A stretch of DNA of 64,000 nucleotides, from positions 11,534,001 through 11,598,000 of the forward strand of contig NC_058369.1 of assembly GCF_018350175.1 (NCBI RefSeq), in the 5' to 3' direction. Every line of letters begins with the position of its first letter. Positions within the stretch are counted from its first letter, which is position 1. Origin of the DNA: Felis catus. Taxonomy: Eukaryota. The notes under the pieces are model-generated. The model saw nothing but the letters and a program-made list of their open reading frames with translations, was not told the DNA's origin and ran no database searches. This document shows, one piece after another, positions 18,339 through 29,840 of this stretch. A program made the translations under genes and the position numbers.

Positions 18339-21300
18339 CTAGAAAATACAGGGCAGTGTGAGGCTTGGGGAGTGGGGGGGCCTGCCCCCATCATGGTGGG
18401 ACCCTGGATAGGGAAGAGGACAGAAGCCCAAAGTGAAGGGGTGAGTACGATCCAGACTGCGAGCCAGCTTAACGAAATAGGGTAAGGATGAGATTGTGCA
18501 GGTGTGAATATAGAGGTGTTTAGGTGATCGAGGGCAGGGGGTAGGTGGGATCATTAGGCCAAGGCTGTGCTGGCTGTACATGGGTTGCTCCAGCATAAGA
18601 GCTATCATCAGGGGTCAAGGAGGCTGGGGCCGAGCAAGCATCCTTAGGGCTGAGATTGGGCAGAGGATGGCAGCACAGTTAGAAGCTGGCTAGAGGTTGT
18701 GCAGGCAAAAGGGGTTTTCTGTAGAGGGTCACAGGCTAAGTTAGTGTTGTGTAGACCGAGGGCCCTTTGGGTAGGGGTTGGGGTGAGGCCAAGTTTGGGT
18801 AGTCTGGGTGAGGGTGTACAGGCAGAAGAGGTAACTTGGGTATAAGTTATGCAGGCCAGGCTGAGGTTGTGAGGGCAGAAAGGCTGTGTAGGGTTGGAGT
18901 CCATGCTTTGGTTGGGAGGGCGGAGGTGTTGGGGGCTGGGTAAAGGACAAGCTGGCTCGGTCGGGGCTCAGCTGATGTTGTGCAAGGAGAGGACAGTGAG
19001 TAGGAGCTGTTGTAAGCAGAAGGACTGAAGTCTGGGCCTAGGTTGCCGGAATAGATGGACTGCGAAGGGGCCCAGGAGCCTGGCTGAGGCTGTATGGGCA
19101 TAGGGGTTGCAGTAAGGAGTCAGGGGCCTGCTGAGGTTGGGCGGGCAGGCGGGGGTCGGGGGTGAGCTCTGGGCTTGTGTGGAAAGCTGGGCCGCAGGCT
19201 CAGGTAGTGTGGGGTCTTGTACTCACCGCAGCGAAGCGCGGCCAGGTGCGCAGCAGGGCGAAGAGCGCGTCCCCAGGACAGTCAGTGCGCACGAGCTGGC
19301 GGTGGCCAAGCATCTGGTAGTCTGGCCGCAGGAGGCCAGCCCGCACGGCGCAGCCGGGGAGCACGTCCTGCACGATGTGAAGCGCAGCCTTCGCCGGCAG
19401 CTCCGCAGTGTAGTTGCCCACGAAGGCCACGCCGAAGCCGCGGGAGTTGTGGCCGCGTGTGTGCGCGCCCACCCAGTGCCAGCCGCGGCCCTCATACACG
19501 TAGCCGTCTGAGCCTACCACGAAACTGTAGAGGGGAGGGGGAAGCAGGCACTAGGCTGCATGAGGGACGCCCTGCCTTTCAGCCGGCCCCCTACCCCAAT
19601 TCTGCACCCGAGCCAAGGGCCACCTCCACGCCAAGTCCCCCCCACTCCTCCCCGGTCGCCCTGGCTCTACCCCGTCCATCCTCTTACCTCTCCCCACGTG
19701 CCACCGCAGAAACGGTTCCGTTTTTCTGGATCTGCCCCTCAGCATTGGCCGCGTCCCTTTCTACCCAGCCCCCTCCACATTGTCTCAAGTACAGCTCCTG
19801 CCCAATCCAGAGCTCTTTTCTGTCCTAGGTCATATTCCCTCACTGCCCTGTCCCAGACCCAGCTCTTCCCACTGCTCTTTTCTTAGTTCCTACACCAGAC
19901 CCAAGAATCCCGCCGTCTTGAGGTATTTCTGGTCCCGCTTGAGGCCCAGACCTGAGTCAAGGCCACGGCCCCTCCACCTTGGCTCCACCCCCCCCCCCCC
20001 CCCCCCCAAAAAGCCTCCTCTCGCCCTTGCGGCTCAGGTCCAAACCCCGCCCCCTGGGTCAGGCTCCGCCCACCCCAGGCTCCACCCTGAAAGGTTAGCG
20101 CTCGGCCGGGCTCGGTTTACCTGTAGCCAATGTCGTCCCAACCCCGAGTATCTTGGTGGAAGCGTTGCATCGAACGCATGTCGGCGGCGCAGTGCGCGAA
20201 ATCCGTACAGGGTGGCGCCGGCACGTACGTGTGATGTACATACAAGAACCCGAGGGGCAGCTGCAGCGGCGTCGGGAGGCCCCGATATGGTGCTGCGCCC
20301 CAGCGGCAACGGGGGTGGATGGCAGGGCACCCTGCAGAGAAGGGAGTCCAGGGCTGGGGTCAGCCAGCGTTTCTCTGCCTGCCGCCCGCATCCTCGGTAA
20401 AGCGCACGTGTGGACCAGTCCTCCAGCCTCCCTCCAGGTCTGAGGACATTTCCCCTGGCCGCCATGGGGATCTAACTTAACCAAATTTGACAGCGTCTCA
20501 GTCCTGTTGGAATATCTGCTATGACTCCCATCACCTTGAGGATAAACCCCAAGAATTTAAGCTCTTGTTTTAAGGCCCGCTACAGTCCAGGACTCAGCAC
20601 TCTCCAGCTGGCTCTGCTCTGATTTCTAGAGAGGGTCAGCTACGCTGAGAAAAGGGGGATCTCAGCCCCCGTTTATTGCCCTCTCATCTTTCTTAAACCA
20701 CCCAGCACATCCAAGAGGAAGCAATGATTTTCACTGAAGAAGGAGAGGTTCAGAGAAGTGAAGCAACTTCCCTAAAGATGCACAGGAGTAACTGGCTGAA
20801 CTTCCATTCGAACCTCTGTGCCTTTGCATGTGCTGAGCCCACCTCCTAGAATGCCCTCTCTCTACCTGCCCCCCGCCTTTTTTTTTTTTTTTTTTGGTCG
20901 GATGAACTTTTTTTTTTTAACATTTATTTTTTTTTGAGACAGGGAGAGACAGAGCATGAACAGGGGAGGGTCAGAGAAAGAGGGAGACACAGAATCTGAA
21001 ACAGGCTCCAGGTTCTGAGCTGTCAGCACAGAGCCCGACGCGAGGCTCGAACCCACCGACCGCGAGATCATGACCTGAGCCGAAGTCGGACGCCCAACCG
21101 ACTGAGCCACCCAGGCAACCCACTGGTCAGATGAACTTTTATTCAGCCTTTAAGACCCAAATCTAGCCTTTCTTTACCTATGCGGCCCTGCCCACAGCCC
21201 CCCCGCTTCCCGTCCGCCTGGACCCTTATTTCTCCTTCTGGAATCCCCCAAGCCTAGAGGCTGTTAAATTTAGTTAAATTAGATCCCCCTGGCCACATGA

Positions 21301-23940
21301 GGCTAAGAGTGTAGCATCTGTGAGATGGGGGGGGGGGGGAGGGGGGGCAGGGAATCACAGGGGATGGGGGCTGTTCTCACCCAGGAAGGCCTCAGTGAAT
21401 TCCTTGGTAGCGTTGGTCGCTACCTGTGCCAGCTGTTCTTGGCTCATGCCCTGCAGTTGAGGGTGTGTTGGCTCCAGCTTCTGTAGCAGGATGAGGGCCC
21501 CCCACACCTGCTGGGTCAATGTAGGGGCTGAAGTCAGAGCAGCTCCATTCTGCCGTCGGAGGTTGCTGCAAAGTCCTGGATTTCCAGCCACCCCAGCACC
21601 ATAGTATTGGCTCAGTAGGTGGCTGAGAGGTAGCCGGGGCTCAGGAGTTCGGCTTAGATAATCTCCTAGGAGGGCCCCATCCAGGGCACCGTTGAGGAAG
21701 GCCATGGTGACTGGCGATGCCTTGGAGTCTAAGAGTGTGAAGGTCCGGGGGGCAGATAGCTGGTCCCAGCAACCGTCGGTTCCCAGGCCTGAATGACTCC
21801 AGGTCTGAGGGCCTTGGAGGAAGGCCAGACCCAGGTCTCTGGCCAGGGTGACCACCAGGAGGCTGTCCACCGTGGTCGGGGACTTGACTTCGGTACCTGG
21901 CGAGGGAGCTTGGACATCCGGAGAGGTGATGGGGACATCTGGAGAGCCAGGTCTAACACCTGGAGAGGTGGGTTTGACATCTAGATGTGCGGCTCTCACA
22001 TTTGAATACATGGCTCCAACATCTGCAGAGATGACATCTGGAAGGGCATCCCTGAACCCTGGAGATGTGGCTCTTACATCGGGAACCGTGGCTTCAGTGT
22101 CTGCAAAGGTGGCTCCAGCATCCAGAGGGCTGGCCGTGCTGTCCAAGGGCAGGTTTACAACCCTGTACCCCTGCAGCCCTGCCTCCAGCCCCGCCAGAAG
22201 AGGCTCCACTGCCACCGTTGAGCCATCGGGTGCCAGCACAACTCCGTATTCCTGCCCAGCCCGAACACCATGTTGGACCACGTCCTTGGTTAGACCTCGA
22301 AGCTCTGGGCTCAGTTGGTGGGGATCCAGCCTGGTGGCCTTGAGACTCCGCCCCTCCAGCAGGAAGTGATGGACAAGGTCGCGGGGACCCGACTCCTGGG
22401 CTAACAGCAGCCATGCAGAAGCAGTGTGCCTGGCCTTGGTGGCTGGTATCTTCTGCTCGAGCTCAGCCAGGGCCTGGATGACAGAGTCCATGAGCAGGGG
22501 CAGGGTTGCTGCAGGAGGACAGACAACATTAGCCCAGTGGCCCAGCACCTCCCCTGTTCCTCCCCCTGCTGCTTTCACATTTTCTCAATGCCCCCAGCTC
22601 TTCACTGGACAACCCTGTGACCCCCAACACCATCCTTGTGTAGATGAGGAAACTGAGGCACAGATAGCCAGTTAAGGAGCTTAGACGATCAGTGAGCACT
22701 GGGGAGCCATGGCAGGTCCATGAGCAGGAGAGAGACAGGGCCTGGTTGGTATTCTAAGGCTGCTCCTTTGGCTACCATGTGGAGAATGGATTGAGGGGAG
22801 GCTAGGGAAGGGAGAGGGGAGACAGTGTGGAGGTAAGTGATGAAGGTAGCCAAAGCCAGGGGAGTGTCAGTGGGATGGACAAAAATGGGCAGAGCTCCCA
22901 GGTGCTTTGAGGGGAAAATGGAGTTTTTCTTTTCTTTTAATTTTTAATGTTTTATTTTTTATTTCTGAGAGAGACAGAAAGAGAGAGAGAGAGAGAGTGA
23001 GCAGGCGAGGGGCAGAGAGAGAGGGAGACACAGAATCTGAAGCAGGCTCCAGGCTCTGAGCTGTCAGCACAGAGCCTGATGTGGGGCTCGAACCCACGAA
23101 CCGTGAGATCATGACCTGAGCTGAAGCCAGACGCTTAACCGACTGAGCCAACGAGGCGCCCCAAAATGGAGTTTTTAATGGATTGGAGTTTGGGGGATTT
23201 TAGAGGGATAGGTGTCTCTAAGGATGGCCAGGGAGGGGAGAGTGGGCCTGTGCCCTGTGAAGGAAATGTCAAGTGCCTGAACCCGGAACTGAGGAATGCT
23301 GGGCTCGAGCTGAATGGGATGTTGAATGACAGCTAATGTTTATTAAACATTTACTATGTGCCAGGCACCATTCTAGGTGACCTAGCCCATTTAATCTTCA
23401 CAATGACCCTGTGAGCACAGAGAGGCTAAATCGTCTGCCTAGAATCACACAGCTAGGAAGTGACAGAGGCAGGATGTGAACCCAGGAAGTTTTAATCCTT
23501 ACACTCTTTCTAGAATCCAGGTTCTTCTCCAGACAGTCCACACTGTGATTCCTCTATAACTTTATTCTTCTTTTTGCCTAAAACACCCGTTCCTGCTTCC
23601 CCACCAAGTGATTTTTTTTTTCCTTCTTCCTGTCTTAAATCTATGTCCCCTCCTCCAGGAAACTTTCCTGATTTTTGCTCTTCTGGCTCCAAGTCCTTCC
23701 CCCAGCTCCTGAGTCCTGACCTTTTGGGGCTGGCAGCATCTGGAGACTGGAGATTCCTTGAGACTGGGGCCTCCTGGGGTCTCCAGCCTCACCCTGTACA
23801 GGGCTGGACACAGAGAGGGCACAATACACTTTTGCAGAATCGAGTCCCAGCCCCAGGTCTCTGCCTTCTGACCCACCTGTCCCGGGCTCCGGCCGCAGCA
23901 GCAATCCAAACAGGACCCAGAGGACACCCTGGGCCACCAT
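18249..23940 (-). CDS. PGLYRP2: Peptidoglycan recognition protein 2 / N-acetylmuramoyl-L-alanine amidase, complete 5-exon CDS, 1791 nt / 596 aa
   Basis: Join on minus: 23877-23940, 21381-22508, 20121-20331, 19227-19524, 18249-18338; phases 1,1,2,0 are consistent. Signal peptide present; PGRP domain has YVHHT, DIGYSF, GHRQ and TDCPG. Confidence 0.96.
19227..19524 (-). CDS. PGLYRP2: PGLYRP2 exon 4, amidase domain SFVVGSDGYVYEGRGWHWVGAHT...GHRQLVRTDCPG
   Basis: ctacag acceptor, GTGAGT donor; 298 nt. Confidence 0.95.
20121..20331 (-). CDS. PGLYRP2: PGLYRP2 exon 3, GCPAIHPRCRWGAAPY...LYVHHT...WDDIGY
   Basis: ctgcag acceptor, GTAAAC donor; 211 nt; translated by hand. Confidence 0.95.
20908..21121 (-). 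mobile_element. Can-SINE in PGLYRP2 intron 2
   Basis: Target-site duplication tggtc(g/a)gatgaactttt on both sides. Confidence 0.92.
21381..22508 (-). CDS. PGLYRP2: PGLYRP2 exon 2, N-terminal region
   Basis: Lies within ORF 21355..22578, TLPLLMDSVIQALAELEQK...KEFTEAFL; 1128 nt. Confidence 0.95.
22925..23162 (-). mobile_element. Can-SINE in PGLYRP2 intron 1
   Basis: TSD aaaatggagttttt. Confidence 0.92.
23877..23940 (-). CDS. PGLYRP2: PGLYRP2 exon 1, signal peptide MVAQGVLWVLFGLLLRPEPGT
   Basis: acaATGG Kozak; donor GTGGGT; 64 nt. Confidence 0.92.
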
Positions 23941-24033
23941 TGTGGGGTTCCAGCTTCTGAGGGACATATCCAGGTGACCTCAGCGGAGACGTTGGCAGAA
24001 CTGGAAGAGAGAATTGAGTGGTGCCTTTGGCTA

Positions 24034-24151
24034 CTGTCAAAGTCCAGTGGTGAATGACACAGCTGCCCCTTGCAGAGCTGTGGGCGGGAGGTAGCAGGAG
24101 CATGGGGACAGAGTGCCCTGGGTCAAGGTTGTCTGGTTTCAGGGACTCCCC
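24034..24151. promoter_or_regulatory. PGLYRP2: PGLYRP2 proximal promoter: HNF4 motif CAAAGTCCA (24038-24046) and kB-like GGGACTCCCC (24142-24151)
   Basis: Motifs read directly, 100-210 bp upstream of the ATG. Confidence 0.6.
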
Positions 24152-25164
24152 CATCCTATCCTGTCCCTCCCAGGCTGAGGTCCAGGGTCAGCAAGCCAGG
24201 CCATCCCAGGAGGGGCCCGGAGCCCAAGCAGTTTAGACTCCAACAAACTTCCCATTCCCAAGAGAAGCAGACTGAGGCCGGTCCAGCAAACCCTAACCCC
24301 TTCCTATAATTATTGTTCTAGAGCTGCAGCTGGCCACCGGAGGGGACTCTCAGGTGTCTGCCCAACTGGTAAGACCGGCTGTGCTGGGGGAAGGGAGAGT
24401 AGGAAAAACCTGGGGTTGATAAGGCCTCCTGTGTTCTTCGCTGCCAGCACCTCAGGTTCAGGCAGAAGATGGGCACAGGGGCTGGGGATTGTTTTTGCTG
24501 AGGCTTGCGCTGAGCCCATGGGATCAGGAGGTGTCACCTCTTATCCAGTTCCAAGTCCTGATCCCAGGCAATCAGAGGCAGCTGAGAGCAGGGATTGGGC
24601 CAGAGCATTCAGGACCCTGGCTTTGTCCCAGGAGCTGGCTTCTGGGCTCGCCTGGGTTGACAGTGAGGGGCCCTCCTCTTTCCTGGTGCGGTGCTGTGGC
24701 TGAGTCCTGCAGAAACGAACCCGCCTCCCCTTTATTCCAGTTTCAGGTGGGATGGGCTCCAAGTGGTTGGGGCTGCTTCACTGTGGGCCTCCCACCCTGA
24801 AACCAACCTGGGGAGTTTCCAGGAGACCCACCAGGCTGGGGACTCAGCATGGGGCAGGCCCTGGGCGGGCCTGGGAATGCCCAGGCTGAGCCAGGCCTGG
24901 GATTCCCCAGGAGGGGGTGAGGGGAGGAGGGGCGGTGGGTTGAGGGGCTTTGGCAGATACAGTGTCCTCTCTTTGGGCACCCAGCATCACACATGGGGGC
25001 TCAGGGAGTAGGGTGCTAGGGAAGGGAGTTAATGGAGGCCCCTCTCCAAGAGATTCCAAGCAAATCTCTGCCTTTGAGTCCCAGTTTCCAAGGATTTGGG
25101 GATAGGGGGGCTCTGCCTGGTAGAACCACGTATAGGATTTGGACTGTGGGTCCATCTGGTGGGA

Positions 25165-25942
25165 GGACTGATGAGGAGAGCGAGGCATTCACCTAGGGTG
25201 CAAAATTCAAAGGTGTTGCTGAAAATCTGAGATCAAGTTAATATTTTAATGCAATATCTTATTTTATTATTTTTTAAATTAAGGTTTGTAAATATTTATT
25301 TATTTTTGAGAGAGGGAGAGAGACAGAGCAAGGGAGGGACAGAGTGAGAGGGAGACACAGAATCTGAAGTAGGTTCTGAGCTATCAGCACAGAGCCCGAT
25401 GTGGGGCTCGAACTCATGAATCACGAGATCATGACCTGAGCCGAAGTTGGACACTTAACAGACTGAGCCACCAGGCGCCCCATTTATTTATTTTTTAATT
25501 TATTTTTATTATTATTTTGTCATGTTTTATTTATTTTTGAGGGAGAGTGCGAGCAGGAGACGGGCGGAGAGCCGGGGGGACAGAGGATCCTAAACAGTTT
25601 CTGTGCTGATAGCAGTGAGCCTGATGCGGGGGTCGCTGCTCACCAACCGTGAGATCATGACCTGAGCCGAAATCAAGAGTTGGATGCTTAACCGACTGAG
25701 CCACCCGGGTACCCCTGAAATATTTTATTTTTATTTTTATTTTTTCATGCCCAGTGCGAAGCCCAACATGAGCTTCTCGTGACCCTGAGATTAAGACTTG
25801 AGCTGAAAAAGAAAAAAAAGAGACTTGAGCTGAGATCAAGAGTAGGACGTTTAACCTACTGAGCCACGCAAGGTGCCCCTTAATGCAATATTTTAAAAGA
25901 TGAAAATGAATGCAAAAAGTCTGTGATAAACAAAATACCAGC
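25165..25942 (+). mobile_element. MER96B-like hAT fragment interrupted by three minus-strand Can-SINEs (about 25285-25480, 25525-25715, 25735-25879)
   Basis: gaggcattcacctagggtgcaaaatt...atattttaatgcaatat resumes after duplicated ttaatgcaatat (25246-25257 and 25880-25891). Confidence 0.65.
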
Positions 25943-26161
25943 TTTTTTTTTTTTTTTAAGTTTGTTTATTTACTTTTTGAGATGGAGAGAAAGCATGAGT
26001 GGGGCAGGGGCAGAGAGAGAGAAAGAGAGAGAGACAGGGGATCCCAAGCAGGCTCCACACTGTCAGAGTGGAGCCTGATATAGGGCTCAAACTCACGAAC
26101 CAGGAGATCATGACCTGAGCTGAAGTTGGCCGCTTGACTGACTGAGCCACCCAGGCTCCCC
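25943..26161 (-). mobile_element. Can-SINE
   Basis: Typical head, (GA)n and T-rich tail. Confidence 0.9.
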
Positions 26162-26329
26162 ATATGTCCGTCAGGGGGAGGCCTTCAGAATGTTGAGGGG
26201 TGGCCGAGGAGATCCCCACCTTGTGTCCACCTGGTCTGGAAATGCCCTTGACTTTGGGTTCGTCCCTCTGAGCCTCCCATCGATTGCAGTCGTGGGGGAC
26301 CCTTGCCGGTCGTATCTCACTATCTATTT

Positions 26330-26549
26330 TTTTTAATTTTTTTTTCAACGTTTATTTTTTTTTGGGGACAGAGAGAGACAGAGCATGAACAGGGGAGGGG
26401 CAGAGAGAGAGGGAGACACAGAATCGGAAACAGGCTCCAGGCTCTGAGCCATCAGCCCAGAGCCTGATGCAGGGCTCGAACTCACGGACCGCGAGATCGT
26501 GACCTGGCTGAAGCCGGACGCTTAACTGACTGCGCCACCCAGGCGCCCC
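26330..26549 (-). mobile_element. Young feline SINEC_Fc-type SINE
   Basis: Perfect 15-bp TSD tctcactatctattt (26315-26329 and 26550-26564). Confidence 0.93.
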
Positions 26550-27183
26550 TCTCACTATCTATTTACGCACGTTTTACCCAGCAGGACATGAGCTCAGAGA
26601 CTTGCTCAAGGTCATGTAGCTGGAACCTGGGGAGGGCTCCAAGCACAAAACATGTTTCCACTCTCCTGTGGCTGGGTCAGGGTCAGGGTCAGGGTCAGAG
26701 TAGTTCATACTGGGGAAGTGTTTGCAGACTTGCTGCAGAGTGACTTCACACCCAGGAGTTCGTGGGCCAGCCAGTCAGACAGCCTTGATCTCCTTTTGAA
26801 GCTTGGAATTGGTGGCAGGGACCTGGGGAGCGGAGTATGCCGTGGCCGACCAATATTTCCCTCAGAGTGCGTCTGGGGTTTGTGTCCTGGGGTAGGACCC
26901 TTCCTCCAGGGAGCCTCCCTGATTTACCCCTGGCTCCCCCTCCTTCCCCATCCTGGCTCCCTAGCCTGGGTTCCTCCCTTTGACTCAGACTCATCCATAT
27001 AGGGCCAGGAGTTTCTCTATCCGGTTCCTCCTCCCGGCACTAGGAGAGGCGGAGTCCTCTTAGGGTGCCCAGAAGTGCCCAGCACAGGCCATGGGCCAGG
27101 TGGGTGGCAGGGCGGGATTTCTGAGTGCACAAAAGGCCTGACTGAGGATGTGGGGTCAGTTGGGATGGGTCTTTGAAATATGG

Positions 27184-27184
<1 letters not shown>

Positions 27185-27218
<34 letters not shown>
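27185..27218. repeat. (CA)n microsatellite
   Basis: Seen directly. Confidence 0.95.
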
Positions 27219-27220
<2 letters not shown>

Positions 27221-27495
27221 CAGGCACCCACGCACCAAAGCACCTGGCCTGGGCTGGGCCTGGGAGGGACGAATCACCACTCCCTACCCCTGCTTCCCTT
27301 ACACCTCATGAGGACCGCCTGCCAGGGTAGGTGAAGGCCCATCCAGGCCGCAGACAGACCAGTAGTCTCATGAAGTGAAGGGTGGGATCATGGCCAGAGG
27401 CTAGAGGGAGAGGAGCTCGGGGCAAGACTGGGCCTGGGGCCAACATCAGGGTTAAGAATGTTCATTTTGGTGGCAGAATAGTCATGAAGACCCTG

Positions 27496-27497
<2 letters not shown>

Positions 27498-27539
<42 letters not shown>
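27498..27539. repeat. (AAT)n microsatellite
   Basis: Seen directly, about 14 units. Confidence 0.95.
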
Positions 27540-27540
<1 letters not shown>

Positions 27541-27617
27541 TGCTGTGTATGGGGTTTGAAGCTAAGATTTTTATATGCCTGTGGTTTTTTATTCAGCTCT
27601 GGGTTTTGTTAAGAGAA

Positions 27618-27941
27618 AGCAGGAGTTAGGAAACTATAGCCTGTGGACTGGCTGTTTTGTAGGTGATGTGTTTTTTTTGTTGTTGTTTTGTTTTGTTTTG
27701 TTTTGATTTGCTTTTGGTTTTTTTTTTTTTTCCAAGAAGAAAGTCACCTCATATAAAATGAACTGTTTGAAAGTGTATTGTTCAGGGGCGCCTTGGGTGG
27801 CTCAGTCGGTTTTCGTCAGACTCTTGATCTTGGCTTAGGTCAGGATCTTGCGGTTCGTGAGTTCGAGCACTGCATTGGGCTCTCTGACAGTGCGGAGCCT
27901 GCTTGGGATTCTTCCTCTCTTGCCCCTCCCCTGCTCGTGCC

Positions 27942-27972
<31 letters not shown>

Positions 27973-28560
27973 AAAGTAAATAAACTTTAAAAAATGTATA
28001 ATTCAGTGGCATTTAGTACTTCATAATATTGTGCAACCATCATCTCTGTCTTGTTCCAGAACATCTCCAGCTCCCTGAAGTAAAAACCCTGCACCCAGAG
28101 CAGTCACACTCATTATCCTCCAGCCTCTGGGAACCACTGACCTGTTTTCTGTTTCTGTGTGTTGCCTGTTCTGATGTTTCACACACATGGGATCAGACAC
28201 TATGTGACTTTTTTGTGTCTGGCTGTTTTGTTGTTGTTGTTGTTGTTTGTTTCTTTCGTCTTGTTCTTGTTTTTTACTCAGGATAATGTTTTTGAGGTTC
28301 ATCTGTGTTGTGGCATGAATCCGTGCATTTTATCACACATCATTCTTTTTTTTTTTATGGCCGAATAATATTCTGTCATATGGATGTGCCACAATTTGTT
28401 TATGTTAATAAATAAACACATTTATGTAAAGAAATTACTGGACGGCATCCTTCCCCATTCATTTACATACTGTCTCTGACCGTTTTCACGCTCTACGGGC
28501 AGAGTTGAATCATAGCGGCAGAGGCCATCTGGGCTACAAAACCGAAATATTGACTAGTTC
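27618..28560. mobile_element. MER58-like hAT element split by an L1M 3' fragment (about 27670-28420) that itself holds a plus-strand Can-SINE (27785-27993)
   Basis: Left end gcaggagttaggaaactatagcctgtgg; right part cccattcatttacatactgtct...gcagagttga...aaatatt; L1M motif cagtggcatttagtac..tgtgcaaccatca. Confidence 0.6.
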
Positions 28561-29069
28561 GTTTCCCCCTCCCCCCAGCTTTATTGAGGTATAATTGACA
28601 TACAACATTGTGTAAGATTTAGGTGTGCAACATGATGTTTTGATATATGTACGTTGCAAAATGTTTACCACGATAAGGTTAGTTAACACGTCCCATCACC
28701 TCACGTAGTTATCTTTTTGTGTGTGTGTTGGGGGGGGGGGGTGAGAACTTTTAAGATCTCCGTTCTTAGCAACTTTCAGTTGTACAATACAGTGCTGCTA
28801 ACTAGAGTCACCACTGCTGTCCTTTAGGTCCTCAGACCTTATTTGCTTAAGACTAGAAGTTTGTACCCTTTGACCAGTGTCTCCCCATTTTCCCCATCCT
28901 CAACTCCTAGCAACTGCCAGGCTCCTTCTCCTTCTCTGCGTTCATTTTATTTGTTTCATAGATTCCACCTACAAGTGAGACCGCACAGTATTTGTCTTTG
29001 CCTGTGGCCTGTTTCCCTTGCATAATGCCCTTAACTTCCACTCATGTTGTTTCCGGGTTTCCTTTTACA

Positions 29070-29219
<150 letters not shown>

Positions 29220-29377
29220 AGAGGCGGGGAGGGGCAGAGAAAGAAGGAGACACAGGAGCCAAAGCGGGCTCCGTGCTGACAGCAGAGAGCCCAGTGTGGG
29301 GCTCAAACTCATGAACTGTGAGATCATGACCTGAGCAGAAGTCGGACACTCAATTGACAGAGCCACCCAGTCACCCC

Positions 29378-29460
29378 TTCTCCTCCTCCTCCTCCTTCTT
29401 CTTCTTCTTCTTCTTCTTCTTCTTCTTCTTCTTCTTCTTCTTGTTCTTCTTCTTCTTCTT
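29378..29460. repeat. (CCT)n(CTT)n trinucleotide repeat
   Basis: Seen directly. Confidence 0.95.
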
Positions 29461-29633
29461 TTATGAATGAATAATACTCCATTGTATATAGACGTCACCT
29501 CATCTGTTCATTCACTGAGGGATTCTTAGGTTGTCTTCACGTCTTGGCCATTGTGAATAATACTGCAATGATTATGATGAGGGTGCCGATGTCTCTTCGA
29601 TGGTGATTTCGTTTCCCTCAGATGTATGTGAAC

Positions 29634-29840
29634 TTTTTTTAAAGATTTTAAAAAAATATTTATTTATTGGAAGGGCGCAAGTGAGGGAGGGGCAGAGAAA
29701 AGGGGACAGAGGATCTGAAGTGGGCTCTGCACTGACTTGCTCTCAGCAGTGAGCCCGATGTGGGGCTCGAACTCACAAACCATGAGATCACAACCTGAGC
29801 TGAAGTCGGTGCTTAAGTGACTGCACCACCCAGGCGCCCC
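29634..29840 (-). mobile_element. Can-SINE
   Basis: TSD tgtgaactttt. Confidence 0.88.

Noticed and set aside
20908..21121. tRNA gene suggested by A/B-box-like motifs (gttcgagccc)
   Set aside because: These are tRNA-derived SINE heads followed by (CT)n and A tails, with no cloverleaf.
22509..22578. PGLYRP2 start at the beginning of the 407-aa ORF
   Set aside because: Intronic; the signal peptide exon is at 23877-23940.
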